In this document: positions 36,081 to 48,389 of the stretch, one piece after another
Position numbering within the stretch: position 1 is the first letter of the stretch
How the letters are laid out: every line of letters begins with the position of its first letter
Assembly (NCBI RefSeq): GCF_018350175.1
Contig: NC_058368.1
Span: forward strand, 91,700,001-91,764,000
Direction: 5' to 3'
DNA from: Felis catus
Lineage: Eukaryota
DNA: 64,000 nt
The notes under the pieces: generated by a model
Told to the model about the DNA's origin: nothing
Database searches by the model: none
Seen by the model: the letters and a program-made list of their open reading frames with translations, nothing else
Position numbers and translations under genes: made by a program

Positions 36081-38289
36081 AATGGAGATGGCGGGGTAAA
36101 TGTGACACCTGCAAACTGGGGGGCGTTAGATTTCTGCCCCTAAGCCTGCACCCTTGCCCTGTGATCATTGGAGACCCTGTACAGCAAGGAATGAGCTCCT
36201 TCCCATGAATGCTCCATAACCAGGCTGGTTTCCCCAAACGGGGAGACCTCCTGGTATTTACGCCACGTGGCCCAAGCAGGGCAGAGGGCCCATACCTGCA
36301 CAGTGTCCTCAGCTGCAAAGGCAAGACCAGATGTTTGAGCTCTTCCTTGTTTATAAACGAAGCGTCTGTTCCCATCCCAGCACTCTGTGTTTACAGGATG
36401 GAAGGGGAAGAGGCCCGGGGTGGGGGTGGGGGGGTGGCAGTGCACACTTGGGAACCTTCTGGGGCAAGTCTCTCTTGGCGCCCCGCCTCCCCCCCCCCCC
36501 CCCCGCCATCCTTAGCTGTGGGACCTTCAGGGAGTTAATTAACTTCTCCCACCTGTCTCCTCATCTGTGGAACAGAGATACTAACAATGCCATGTCACAG
36601 GGGCCAAGTCTCCGGGAATGTTTGCAAAGCACTCAGGACAGTGCAGGCACACAGCAACCATGGTCGGAGTTTGTTACATTATTCTAGCCCGCTTTCCTGG
36701 CCTTTCCCCCACCCCTCTTGCTTCTGCTGGCCCTCGCCAGACACAATAATGCTTTTATTCAGCCCCACAGCCCCAGCCTGGGAAAAGAAAGCCAACCCCA
36801 CGGACATCTTGGGCTTTCTGAGAAAATAAACTCGTCTCCACGCATCTTAATTAAAAGCAGAGTTTTTGCCAACACTTAAAATTCAGAATGTTTGTTTATT
36901 CTCCAGTTGGGAGCAGAAGGAAATCTTTCTTGGACTCATGTGTCACCTAGCCTGATGTGAAAGCCCTCGCCGCGGCTGGGAAGGTGTGCAGTGGCTCTCA
37001 AAATAAGTGAAATCCCCAGAGCGAAACAGCCCATCAGGGCGTCTGAAGTTCAATTACACTTAAGAAAATATTTCCCTTTATTTAGCTGTGTAGTGAGGCA
37101 TGAAATTGCACCTAACCAGCCACTTACTTGGCCCTTTGAACATTTTCCCCCTCCACGAGCGTGTGGGCAAGGTATGGGGTACCAGCCTTCAGCTGCTTCT
37201 GCTCTGCTAATTATGCCAAATAAATAGCAAGTGCTGTCCTCTCCTTTTTCTGATGTTGTCTGCTGTTGGTAAATGTTCGCTAATTTTCACACCAGTTTCC
37301 ATTTTGGCTCTAGTTCTGAAGAGGGAAGCGTGGGGACGTCTGTTAATGAAAAATCTGGGCAATTTGATTTGGGAACTGTTCTCTCCTCCTTGAACACTTA
37401 ATTGTTGAAAGGATCTAACTTGTAATTTGTAGTTAAATTTGTTAAATCCTGGAGGGCTTTGATTTTGTCGTTTCTGCAGAGCAGAGTCGGAAGTGAAGTG
37501 AAGTTTTCCACGACTGTTGGGCCTGGCTTTGTATTTTCATTAGCTGTTATGGATGGGGAATATTGAAAAGCACAACAATAGTAATTTAGGGATTTCAGAG
37601 CTTGATGGGGGGGATTTTTAGAAACTTGAAGCTCTTAGCCCAATATTTTGTTAAAATGTTTCCTCTTATTGTGCCTGATTTAATACAGACTCTTTTGTTC
37701 TTTATTTCTTCAAATGACCGAAATAAGTTAAATGCATACAGGTTTATCTTAGCCTCAAATGCAAAGATAAAAGGAATCAATATGAAAAACTCCTTATAAG
37801 TTATACCAATGACAGAAGAATGTTGAATTTTCATTACTGACCGGGGTAAATGCCTCAGCTGCTTTTGTTTAAAAGCTGTGTTGGGGATTGGGCCCCATGG
37901 CTGCGGGGAGAAACCTCGGACTTAACCTCTTGGAGACTCAATGCCATCTGTGAAATGGTGGTAATAAAACAAGGGATAAATTATGTGGAAATGTTTACCA
38001 TGCTTGGCACAAGGCAAGTGTTGAATACATGGCTGCTCTCATCTCAAGTCCTCCCCAGATATTGAATAAGCACCTACTATGCGCCAGGAGCCCAGCGCTG
38101 AGCAAACTCACCCGCTCAGAACCAATTCTGCAGGATGGGATGTGGTTGCTTGAGTGGGAACTTTTGGGCATTTTCCCCTGACGTTTTCCTGCAGTCACTC
38201 TTGAATTTCTGTCGAATTCCTGTGATTTCAAATAGGGAAAAAAGCACAACAAACGTCTGTAGTATGTATGGAGGACACGCCATGTGCTT

Positions 38290-38420
38290 GCCAAGACCAC
38301 CTTATGCCCATAGCCTCAATCCTCACATTCTCCCCGAGGTAAATACTGTTCTCTTCCTTATGTTACAAGGAAACTGAGGTCCAGAGAGGTGAAGCAACTT
38401 GCCGAGGTCACACAGCTTGG
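38290..38420 (-). mobile_element. MIR SINE
   Basis: ggaaactgaggtccagagaggtgaagcaacttgccgaggtcacacagct. Confidence 0.85.
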
Positions 38421-38517
38421 AGGAACTTCCAGATGAGGTGCCTTTGTATACAACTGTGGCATATTGGCTACCCCAATCTCTCCAAAGTAGAGATGTTTTT
38501 TAAATGCCCAAAGTACA

Positions 38518-38742
38518 GGGGTACCTGGGTGGCTCAGTCGGCTGGGCGTTCGACTTCAGCTCAGGTCATGATCTCACGGTCCGTGAGTTTGAGCCCCGCC
38601 TAAGGCTCTGTGCTGATAGCTCAGAGCCTGGAGCCTGCTTTGGATTCTGTGTCTCCCTCTCTATCTCTCTGCCCCTCCCCTGGTAAAGCTCTGTCTCTGT
38701 CTCCCTCAAAAATAAATAAACATTAAAAAAATAAAGTAAAAT
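38518..38742 (+). mobile_element. CanSINE
   Basis: Full body; TSD taaatgcccaa. Confidence 0.94.
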
Positions 38743-39342
38743 AAATGCCCAAGTGCATTCACAGTTGCCTGAACTATTGAAAATTGGTCCTGTATTTTCA
38801 GGGAGCAGTACCTGTTCGCCACACCACCGAGGGGCCCTTCCCTGGTGGGACTTGTGCTGCTGGGGCCCGGCGCCTGCTGGAGCCCCACTTTGGGAAAGCA
38901 GAGGCACTGGGGAGTGGTCAGCCACCTGATCCCCCCACCCCCAGCATCCAGCCCCTCTTTTCAGGGTGGGGAAGACAGGGTGCCTTTGCCGCTGCTGCCC
39001 CCTGTGGCGGAAGTAGCCATTACAGTCAGGAAAGGTGACCAGAGATGGTCTGGCCTGACTCAGCGGAGGTGAGCAGCCTGGGTACACACCCTGCAGCTCT
39101 CTGGAGAGTCCTTTGGCTGTAAGGTCAGGGGAACTGACCCGTCCCCAAGGGGCGAGGCAGCACCAGGCATCCAGCTCCTGGGCTGTGGCCAGTTCCCATC
39201 TCTGCACTAATGTCCTGCTGCTAGAACAAATAGAGGGGCTCATTTCTGCCCACCAGCCTCCCTGAGGGAACAGCTCTCTTCAGGGAGATGCCATTCAGAC
39301 TCTTCCATAGGAATCTCTCCTCTTTATTTCCTTATCCTCGAC

Positions 39343-39557
39343 GTTTTTTTCTAAATTATGTTTTATTTTATATTTGAGAGAGAGAGAGCATGCCTGAGCA
39401 GGGGAGGGACAGAGAGCGAGAAACACAGAGTCTGAAGCAGGCTTCCAGGTTCTGAGCTGTCAGCACAGAGACCGATGCAGGGCTCGAGCTCACGAGCAGT
39501 GAGATCACGACCTGAGCCGAAGTCGGACGTTTTACAGACTGAGCCACCCAAGTGCCC
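39343..39557 (-). mobile_element. CanSINE
   Basis: Full body. Confidence 0.93.
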
Positions 39558-39584
39558 AGCTTTTTTTTTAAAAAAGCTTGTATG

Positions 39585-39814
39585 GGGGCGCCTGGGTGGC
39601 GCAGTCGGTTAAGCATCTGACTTCAGCCAGGTCACGATCTCGCGGTCCGGGAGTTCGAGCCCCGCGTCGGGCTCTGTGCTGATGGTGGCTCAGAGCCTGG
39701 AGCCTGTTTCCGATTCTGTGTCTCCCTCTCTCTCTGCCCCTCCCCCGTTCATGCTCTGTCTCTCTCTGTCCCAAAAAGAAATAAACGTTGAAAAAAAAAT
39801 TAAAAAACAAAAAT
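39585..39814 (+). mobile_element. Young felid SINE (SINEC_Fc-type)
   Basis: Diagnostic ggtggcgcag…cagccaggtcacgatctcgcggtcc…gtttccgattc…gtcccaaaaa…aaacgttgaaaa; perfect TSD aaaagcttgtatg (39572, 39815). Confidence 0.96.
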
Positions 39815-40954
39815 AAAAGCTTGTATGAACTGAGACGTCCCATCCACAGCTCCCTCCACAAACTCGAATATCATAAAATGGGGGAAAGGAATTGGGATAT
39901 CTTGGGTGTCTGAGTTCCCTCCCCAGGGGGCTGTAAACTAGGCATCAGCAAAGCCTAGGAATTAATCCCCCCTCCCCCATAAGTCCTAATGATGTAGGGT
40001 CGGCAAAGTTGTGAGTCCTTTTATAAAATGCAAAGGACAAAAAAAGAAAAAGTTCCCTTTCTTCTTCCTACAGGAGCAGGGATAAGGCAAGAAAAGGAAG
40101 GAAAAAGGTTCTATGGGTATGTCAGTTTTCGTTAGGACACAAGGCAGCTAGGTAGGGGGTAGATTGGTCAGATTAGATGGTGGAACTTTCTGGAAGCTAG
40201 GCTTTCACAACAAGTTGAATCCTAAAGGTGAATCTTTATTAAAGGGGGGGAGAGTGGTCCCACCCAATGAAATGAACTCCTTTAACCACTGCACCTTCTC
40301 ACAGAGCCTCTTCTGGTAGCCCAAATTATATTTCCTAGTTGGGATTCATAAGTTATTAGGATTTTTTTTTCAGTGACTGAGCTTTCCTTACAGGTTTTGT
40401 TTATGTTGTTGGCACAAATCCCATGCCCATCATGGCTAACGGTCATGGGCCCCCTGCCTGGTACTGCTCTGTGCCCGTGGGCCCTGGGCTGGGACCAGCT
40501 GTCCCCTCCTGGGAGGGGCACTGCTGTGCTCATCTTTGCAAAGAAATACATTCTGCTTGGTTCTTTCTCCCTCAAGGTAAAGACTTGTGGGCTCTGTAAA
40601 GCCTTGGCCCGATAAAAGCACTTCCGTATTAGGTCTACCGAATGTTGTTTATTTTATCAAGTCTGGGGATTCTCTGCACGGTGAGGGTCTCTTGGTTCCC
40701 AGCAGTTCCAGAGACTGTTGGCAGTGGTTGGGCTGAAGCAGAAGTAAACACACGGTGAGCATAACAACTTGGTTTTCCTTGACAAATTCCAAGTTAAATG
40801 CGTTTAAAAATATATTTCTGTTCTTCTAAAGTACGGTTTACTAACTGTAGAAAACAAAATACAAAGAAAAACCACCCATCACACCGCCGTAAAGAGATAA
40901 CAATTGTAATGCACAATTACGTTGAGTTTTCTTCTTTTTGCCTTAAAGTTCTTT

Positions 40955-41006
40955 CTGTCTTTTAAGTTTATTTACTTTGAGAGAGAGAGCATGTGAGCAG
41001 AGGAGG

Positions 41007-41055
<49 letters not shown>

Positions 41056-41176
41056 CAAGCAGGCTTCATGCTGGGCGCAGAACTTGACACAGGGCTCTAT
41101 CTCACAATAGTGAGATCTAGACCGGAGCCAAAATCAAGAGTCAGACATTTAACCAAACTGAGCCTCCCAGGCGCCC
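40955..41176 (-). mobile_element. CanSINE
   Basis: Body with long (GA)n. Confidence 0.92.
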
Positions 41177-41309
41177 ACAAAATTCTTGATGTATACATAA
41201 TAAGACTGAAATAACAGTGTGTATTAGTTTTGTAGTTTTTTGCATAGCCATATCTTGAGCATTTCCCCACATCACTAAATTGTTTTGAAAAAATTTTTAA
41301 ATGTTTTAA

Positions 41310-43270
41310 AAGGCTTTTATTATGGAAAATTCCAAACATTTTATACACTAGAGAGAATAGATTGGTACCCCGGATACCAATCACCTGGTTTTCAATAATT
41401 ATCAAATCATAACCCATCTTGTTGCATCTCAGCTCCTACCTATTAACCACCTGGATTATTTGGAAGCAGTTATGACCATCATATGTTTTTTCAGACAATA
41501 GTTCAGTGTATATATGTGAAAGTGAAATGCGTTTTTAAAAAACATAGCCAAAATACCATTTATTGTACCTAAAAGATTTTAAAGTTAGCAAATACTTAGT
41601 ATCAATTAAATATCCCATTGGTGTTCAAGTTTCCCCAATTTTTTTTGTGATTTTTTTTTAATACTTTGAATCAGGATCCAAATAAAGTTCATAGGGGCAC
41701 CTGGGTTGCTCAGTTGGTTAAGCATCCGACTTTGGCTCACGTCATGATCTCAAGGTTCATGAGTTCAATCCCCACATCAGGCTCTGTGCTGACAGCTCAG
41801 AGCCTGGAGCCTGCTCCGGATTCTGTGTCTACCTCTCCCTCACTGCCCCTCCCCTGCTCGCACTCTGTCTCTCAAAAATAAATAAACGTTAAACATTTTC
41901 AAAACCAAGTAAGTTCATATGTTGTGATTGGTTGATGTCTGTTAAGTCTCTTTTGGTATAGAGGTTCTGTGTCCTTGTCTTTCAGTTTCCCTTGCAATGT
42001 ATTTATTGAAGAAACTGGTCATTTGTCCTGCAGTTTCCCACAGTCTGGATTTTGAGGATTACATTCCTGCGGTGTCATTTATTATGTTCCTTTTCCTCTA
42101 TACTTCCTGTAAATTGGTGGGTAGATCTAGAGGCTTGATGAGATTCAGGTTTGGTTTTGGGGGTGGGGGTGGGGAAAATACTTACCAAGCTGTGGTGCGT
42201 GCTGTCACCAGAAAGCACATGGTGGACTGTGTCTCTTTCATGATGTCAAGGGACATTGATGGTCATTGCGCAGATCTGTTCGTTTACTGGGTGGTAAAAT
42301 GGTGATAGTCTAATTCTGCCGCCTTCTTTATTTATTAGCTGGAATACTTCTGTAAAGACCAACTGTTTGGTTAACACGTGGTAGAGTACACTTAAGAACA
42401 GCAGAATACATGGGGGTTTTTCCCTCCAATTATTTGCTAATTTTCAAAATAATGAGTTTGCTCCGAAGCATCCTGAAAGATGACTGCTGAGTTCTCTTTT
42501 TTAAAGTACCCTTATGCCATACATTCAAACACCTTTGGGGGCATCTGGGTGGCTCAGTCGGTTAAGCGTCCGACTTCGGCTCAGGTCATGATCTCACAGT
42601 TCGTGGGTTCGAGCCCCACATCGGGCTCTGTGCTGACAGCTCTGAGCCTAGAGCCTGCTTCCGATTCTGTGTCTCCCTCTCCCTCTGCCCCTCCCCCGCT
42701 CGTGCTCCGTCTCTCTCTCTCAAAAATGAATAAACATTAAAAAACATTTTTTTTAAAGCACCTTTGGTGTTTTTTAATCCATTGCACTTATTTTTTTTGA
42801 CATTTAAAGGGGTCTTAACTTCGGCCAGTGGGAACCTCTTCAAGTTGAGCCGTGAGTCCTTTTTGACCCTAATTGTTTCTGTAGTTTCTTTGCTTTGACA
42901 ATGACTAGATGGTCTGGATTCATCTTCTATATTGAAGTAGGAAATTTATAGAGACCATAATCTGGGCGTTGTGGGTAAGCTAGTCATTTTTGTTTTCGGC
43001 CTTTTCAGTGGAAAGAACTAGAAAGAACTAGAAAATGTGTACTTGTTGTTAAGGTAAAATGCATCCTCAGTTAATGCTGCTCTTTTCAATTTGCATTCAG
43101 GCCTGCAGGGTTCGCATTTAACGTGATCTTTTCTCATCCTGAATATCCTGCTCTCAACCACACACTGAATTCACTTGGTTTATCCTAGAATACACGTACG
43201 ACAATCTTAGAATAAGTGTCACACTACCTTCATCTATAGGATTACTATACACAATTTAACTTTTTTTTTT
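41310..43270 (-). mobile_element. Old L1 (L1MC/ME-like) 3' UTR with two + strand CanSINEs (41694-41900, 42537-42755)
   Basis: ttttattatggaaaattccaaacat…gaatcaggatccaaataaagttcat…tatttattgaagaaactgg…gtagatctagaggcttgatgagattcagg. Confidence 0.75.
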
Positions 43271-43689
43271 TTTTTTTTTTTTTGGCATTTCTTTTAGTCT
43301 TGAAGGAGCACCTTTTTTGTTGGGAGAGGGGGCCATGATAGTCCATATTTGAGGCAGAATTTTTTCCACTTTTGGACGTTAAGGCTACATTCAAATGTTT
43401 GCTATTATAGATAATGCTGGGATAAACACCCTTGCCTTTGCTTTTATTTCTGATTGTTTCTTTAGACCAGACTTTGGGGAGTGAAACGAGACAGTCAAAG
43501 GTAGCAGACATGTGCAAGCCCCACATGCATAGTAGCCGGTGCCTTTCTCAGAACCAGCTGTGCGTGGAAAGACCTGCATCCTTGTATCCCGGAAGGCCCA
43601 AGATAGGGTGCCTCATGGTTTTACCTGTGTGTGTGTGTTTTTGTTATTATTATCAGCCATCTGTTTATTAGATGGTTTAATTTCTTTTT

Positions 43690-44141
43690 TTTGTTAAAAA
43701 CTTTTAAATGTTTATTTATTCTTTTTAAGTTTTTTTAACGTTTATTTATTATTGAGAGGCAGAGAGAGAGCATTAGCTTGGGAGGGGCAGAGAGAGGAGG
43801 AGACACAGAATCCGAAGGAGGCTTCAGGCTCTGAGCTGTTAGCACAGAGCCCGACGTGGGGCTTGAACTCACAAACCCAGCGAGATCATGACCTGAGCTG
43901 AAGTCAGCCGCTCAACTGACTGAGCCACCCAGGCACCCCAAATGTTTATTTATTCTTGAGAGAGAGACAGAGCATGAGTGGGGAGGGGCAGAGAGAGAGG
44001 GAGACACAGAATCGGAAGCAGGCTCCAGGCTCCCAGCTGTCAACACGGAGCCTGATTGCGGGGCTCAAATGCACGAACCACCGTGAGATCATGACCTGAG
44101 CCCAAATCAGACACTTAACTGACTGAGCCACCCAGGTGCCC
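43690..44141 (-). mobile_element. CanSINE nested in the tail of another CanSINE
   Basis: 18-bp TSD aaatgtttatttattctt at 43706 and 43940. Confidence 0.95.
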
Positions 44142-44400
44142 TTAGACAGTTTTAGGTCTATTTAGAATTGTCTTTGGGATGAGGAATCAGAGAGTTCTAG
44201 TGTTTTTCTTACTGATCTGCAAGATCTTTTTAATATCTTAAGGATGGTGATCCTTTATGTTTGTTGCAAATGTTTTCCTCATTTTTTCATTTGCGTTTTG
44301 ATATTTATGTTTTTTTAATGTATATAATTTGAAAATTTTAAATACAGCATATTTGTTGATCTGTTTGTTTCATTGTTTTCATGTTTAGAAAGTCACAGCT

Positions 44401-44626
44401 GGGGCGCCTGGGTGGCGCAGTCGGTTAAGCCTCCGACTTCAGCCAGGTCACGATCTCGCGGTCCGTGAGTTCGAGCCCCATGTCGGGCTCTGGGCTGATG
44501 GCTCAGAGTCTGGAGCCTGTTTCCGATTCTGTGTCTCCCTCTCTCTCTGCCCCTCCCCCGTTCATGCTCTGTCTCTCTCTGTCCCAAAAATAAATAAACG
44601 TTGAAAAAAAAAATTAAAAAAAAAAA
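44401..44626 (+). mobile_element. Young felid SINE (SINEC_Fc-type)
   Basis: Same young diagnostics, long A tail, perfect TSD aaagtcacagct (44389, 44627). Confidence 0.96.
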
Positions 44627-45129
44627 AAAGTCACAGCTGATATCGGTTGAATGTTTACCTCTCTGTCCTTCCTTCTAGTTTGTACAAGGCTTCATTTATT
44701 TTTCCACCTTTATTATTCATTCCCTCTTAGTACAAAAGGAATACGTGTTTGCTACAGAATTATAAAAGCTTAGGGAAAGCAGCGAGGGCTTCATTTATGT
44801 GTTTAACTTCTTTAAATCTGTAATTTGTTGGGATATATGGAGCAAGGAGAAAATCTGACTTGAAGGTCTTCCAAATAACTAGTTAAGCCAACACGATCTG
44901 TTTTCTCCTGTATTATGTAGTTTAGTTCACATCTTTGTTTTTCCAAATCTGTACCAATGCCAATTTGTTTAAATTCATGTGGTTATGTAATACTCCTTAA
45001 CAATTCAAGTCACTTTCTGGTTACATTTCCTTTTCAAGAATGCCATCGCTGTTCTTGTATGTTTATTGTCTAAATATACATGGGAATTATTTTGTCAAGT
45101 TAAACCAATGATATATTGATTGGCATGAC

Positions 45130-45340
45130 TTTATTTATTTAATGTTTATTTATTTATTGTGTGCATGGGGGGTGTGTGGGGGGGAGGGGCAGAGTGAGAG
45201 AGGAGAGAGAGAATCCCAAGCAGGCTCTATGTAGTCAGTGCAGAGCCTGACATGGGGCTCGATCTCACCAACCATGAGATCATGACCTGAGCTGAAATCA
45301 AGAGTCGGAGGCTTAACCCATCAAGCCACCCAGGTGGCCT
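45130..45340 (-). mobile_element. CanSINE
   Basis: Full body; TSD-like tgattgg(c/g)atg. Confidence 0.92.
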
Positions 45341-46036
45341 GATTGGGATGTCTCTAAATAGAGTTGGGACTTCCTCCAATGGGAGCGTGTATGCACCAAG
45401 GCAAGTTTCACTCGAAGCGTGGTATGTTGAGGTCTGTGTTTCCCGTGGTTCCTCCGACCTGATGGCCACATGGAACAGGGGCCAGGAGATGCTGCTGCTG
45501 TGCAGGAGAAGGATGCTGGGGTCCCTGCCAGCCAGTAGGGCGTGGCTGGAATGGCATGGAAGCATGGTGAAGGGATGGTAAGGACAGGATGACGTCACGC
45601 TTGCATGTGGAGAGTGGAGCAGATGGGAATCTGGGATGACCCCTTAGTCTCCTGTTTGGTCAACCGGGTAGAAGGTGGAGCTTTTCACTGTCATGGGATC
45701 CAGGTTCTGTGCTTCTGTGACTTGAGAAGAAAAATGCACCCCATGCTTTGTGCACCTGTGCGTGCTGGTGTTTTACCCAGGTGGTGAGGGGCTGCTATTT
45801 TATCTAGGAGGAACCAAGAAGCACATCACTGAGTAGCTTGCCCTGGTCACACAGGGTGGGTGTATGTGGCGGCCCTGGGATTCACACCCTGTTGTGTCTG
45901 CCAGAGTGGGGGCTGACCCTCCCACGGTCACTCAGGGCCAGCACCTCCTGTCCCTGAAGAGACCCAGCAGAAGAGGTCTAGGGCAGGGCCTGATGTCTCC
46001 TTTGTCACCTTGCATTACCAGGCTCAGTAAAGCCTT

Positions 46037-46487
46037 GGTCGGTGTTGAACTGTATCCCCCAACAAGATCTGTGGGAGTCCTTCCTGCCAGCGCTTCAGAA
46101 TGTGACTTTATTTGGAAGCAGGGTCATTGCCAATGTTGTTAAGATGAGGTCATACTGGAGCAGAGTGGGCCCTCGTGTCGTATGACTGGTGCCCTTATAA
46201 GAGGGAAAATACGTGAAGACAGACACACAGGGAGCGTGCCCTGTGACCATCCTGACAACAGAAGCAGAAACTGGAATGTCACAGCTGTAAGCCAAGGAAC
46301 CGGGATTGCTGGCCACCCCCCAAAGCAAGGACGGAATGTAGCAGAGTCTCAGGGGGAGTGCGGCCCTGCTGACACCCCGATTTCAGGCTTCTGGCCTCCA
46401 GAAGTGGGAGAGAATAGAGTTCTGTTGCTTAAAGTCACCAGTTTGCGGTACTTTGTTAATGTGTGGCCGCCCTGGAAACTCCTGTCA
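46037..46487 (+). mobile_element. MaLR solo LTR (MLT1C-like)
   Basis: gttgaactgtatcccc…cagaatgtgactttatttgga…taagatgaggtcatactggag…atgactggtgcccttataagagg…ggccctgctgacacc…gtttgcggtactttgtta. Confidence 0.85.
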
Positions 46488-46715
46488 GTTCCTGTGAAGC
46501 CGTGTGAAGCGCAGACCTTTACCCACTTAGGTAGGAATGCCTTCGCTCACAGACTCAAGGGCCTGTGGTCTCCAGGGGCCTATGGCGATCATGTGAACCG
46601 GAGAGAAGAAAGGAAAGGCCCCAGTGCTGAGCCTCTGGCTGGGAGCCAGGCTCCTGAATCCTCAACAGGTTTGCTCACCTGAGCCTCACAATTTTGCAAA
46701 AAAGGGTACTACTCT

Positions 46716-46937
46716 GGGGCGCCTGGATGGCTCAGTGGGTTAAGCGTCCGACTGCCGCTCAGGTCTTGAGCTCGCGGTTTGTGAGTTTGAGCCCTGCGTC
46801 GGGCTCTGTGCTGGCGACTTGGAGCCTGGAACCTGTTCCGGATTCTGTCTCCCTTTCTCTCTGCCCCTCCCCCACTCACACTCTGTCTCTGTCTCTCTCA
46901 AAAGTAAATAAACATTAAAAAAAAATTTTTTTTTTAA
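46716..46937 (+). mobile_element. CanSINE
   Basis: Full body; TSD-like aaaaaagg(g)ta(c/t)tactct. Confidence 0.93.
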
Positions 46938-47689
46938 AAAAAGGTATTACTCTCCCCATTTCACAGACAAGGAAACTGAGGCCCATACACATCTAATGCC
47001 TTGCCCAACAACTGCAGGGTTCTCCTTTTTGGCTACACCCTGCTGAGCCAGAGGGACCCCTGCCCGTCTGTCATTGCTTGGGGGCTGTGGGGATCCTACT
47101 CCTGGACACATTCTTTTCGGCTGACAGCGTGCAGGCCTAGGCTGTTAGTCCATTTGATAACTATAAAGAAAGTGGCTGTTTGTGCACTTTTTGATCTCTG
47201 CTTTGTATGGGCTTTGAAATTTAGAAACTGGCTTCAGTGAAGGACTATCATGAGCTTTATTACTGCGTGTCCGTGACTCTCTCAAACATTGCCTGGATCT
47301 GTTAACCTAGTACTTGCGGAGGGACTGGGGGTGAGTGGGCCGCACATTGAAAGGAAGTCCCGTCAACTTCATCTGTGATCGCTTTTCAGGGCTGTGACTT
47401 AACGAGCCAAATGCTGTGTTTGTATGTAATAATTATTGTGCCACACTGTATGGAGAGGGAAAGGTTTGCAAAGACAGAGATAAATGTCTCTCTGTTCTGA
47501 GAGTGACATATCTGAACTCTCTGAAATGGTTTTATTGTAATCTCTAACTGCCTGCCCACGATACCTAAACAAACCCTGGCTCCTGAACGGAAGCTCCCAG
47601 AAGATGGAGGAGGATTTTTTCTTCTATTTGGATTGTCTCTAGTCTGGCACAGACATGGCTTTGAAGAGGTTTTGAGAGTTCATATGGAA

Positions 47690-47830
47690 TCGTGATGAGA
47701 AGCAAACAGACTGCCTGGGTTTGAATCCTTACTCTGCCACTTCTAGACAGAGAGTGGGTGGATGTCAGCAAATCATTTGGTCTCACCGTGCCTCAGTTTT
47801 GTCATCTGTAAAATGGGAATAACATCCATC
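47690..47830 (+). mobile_element. MIR SINE
   Basis: cagactgcctgggtttgaatcc…ctctgccactt…cctcagttttgtcatctgtaaaatggg. Confidence 0.88.
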
Positions 47831-47943
47831 ATCATCACCATCATCTTTGCCTTTATCTTCATCATGGCAAGTTGGTTGATTGAACAAATGGACTGGCCAC
47901 ACGTTACTAAACGGGTGACTAGTCTCAAGAATCCTAGTATATC

Positions 47944-48297
47944 GGGGCGCCTGGGTGGCTTGGTCAGTTGAGCATCCAACTTCGGCGCAGGTCATGATCT
48001 CATGGTTTGAAGGTTCAAGCCCACATTGGGGTCTGTGCTGACAGCTCAGAGCCTGGAGTCTACTTCAGGTTCTGTGTCCCCCTCTCTCTCTCTGCCTGTC
48101 CCCCACTCATGCTCTCTCTCCCTCTCTCTATCTCTCTTAAAAATAAATAAACATTAAAAAATTAAAAAAAAAAAAAAAAGAATCCAAGTATCTCTGGGAT
48201 GGCTGGATGGCTTAGCCAATAGAGCATGTGACTCTTAATCTCAGGCCCGTGAGTTCAAGCCCCATGTTGGGTGTGGAGCCTACTTAAAAAGAAAAAG
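47944..48297 (+). mobile_element. CanSINE (47944-48180) followed by a short older-type SINE (48195-48297)
   Basis: TSD aagaatcc(t/a)agtat; second element tagagcatgtgactcttaatctcagg…gagttcaagcccc. Confidence 0.9.
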
Positions 48298-48389
48298 GAA
48301 AGTCTAGCATCACTTCTTTAAAACAAAACAAAACAAAAAATCTTAACTGTGAGCTCTGGGATTCTGTCAGATTTTAAACTTAAAAAAAA

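Noticed and set aside
38566..39243. Longest ORF (225 aa, minus strand)
   Set aside because: GC-rich chance frame running into an antisense SINE (FLRETETE…QNPKQAPGSELSAQS); no recognisable domain.
40550..40585. Recursive-splice-like ctttctccctcaag|gtaaag
   Set aside because: AAG acceptor and a weak donor; expected by chance.
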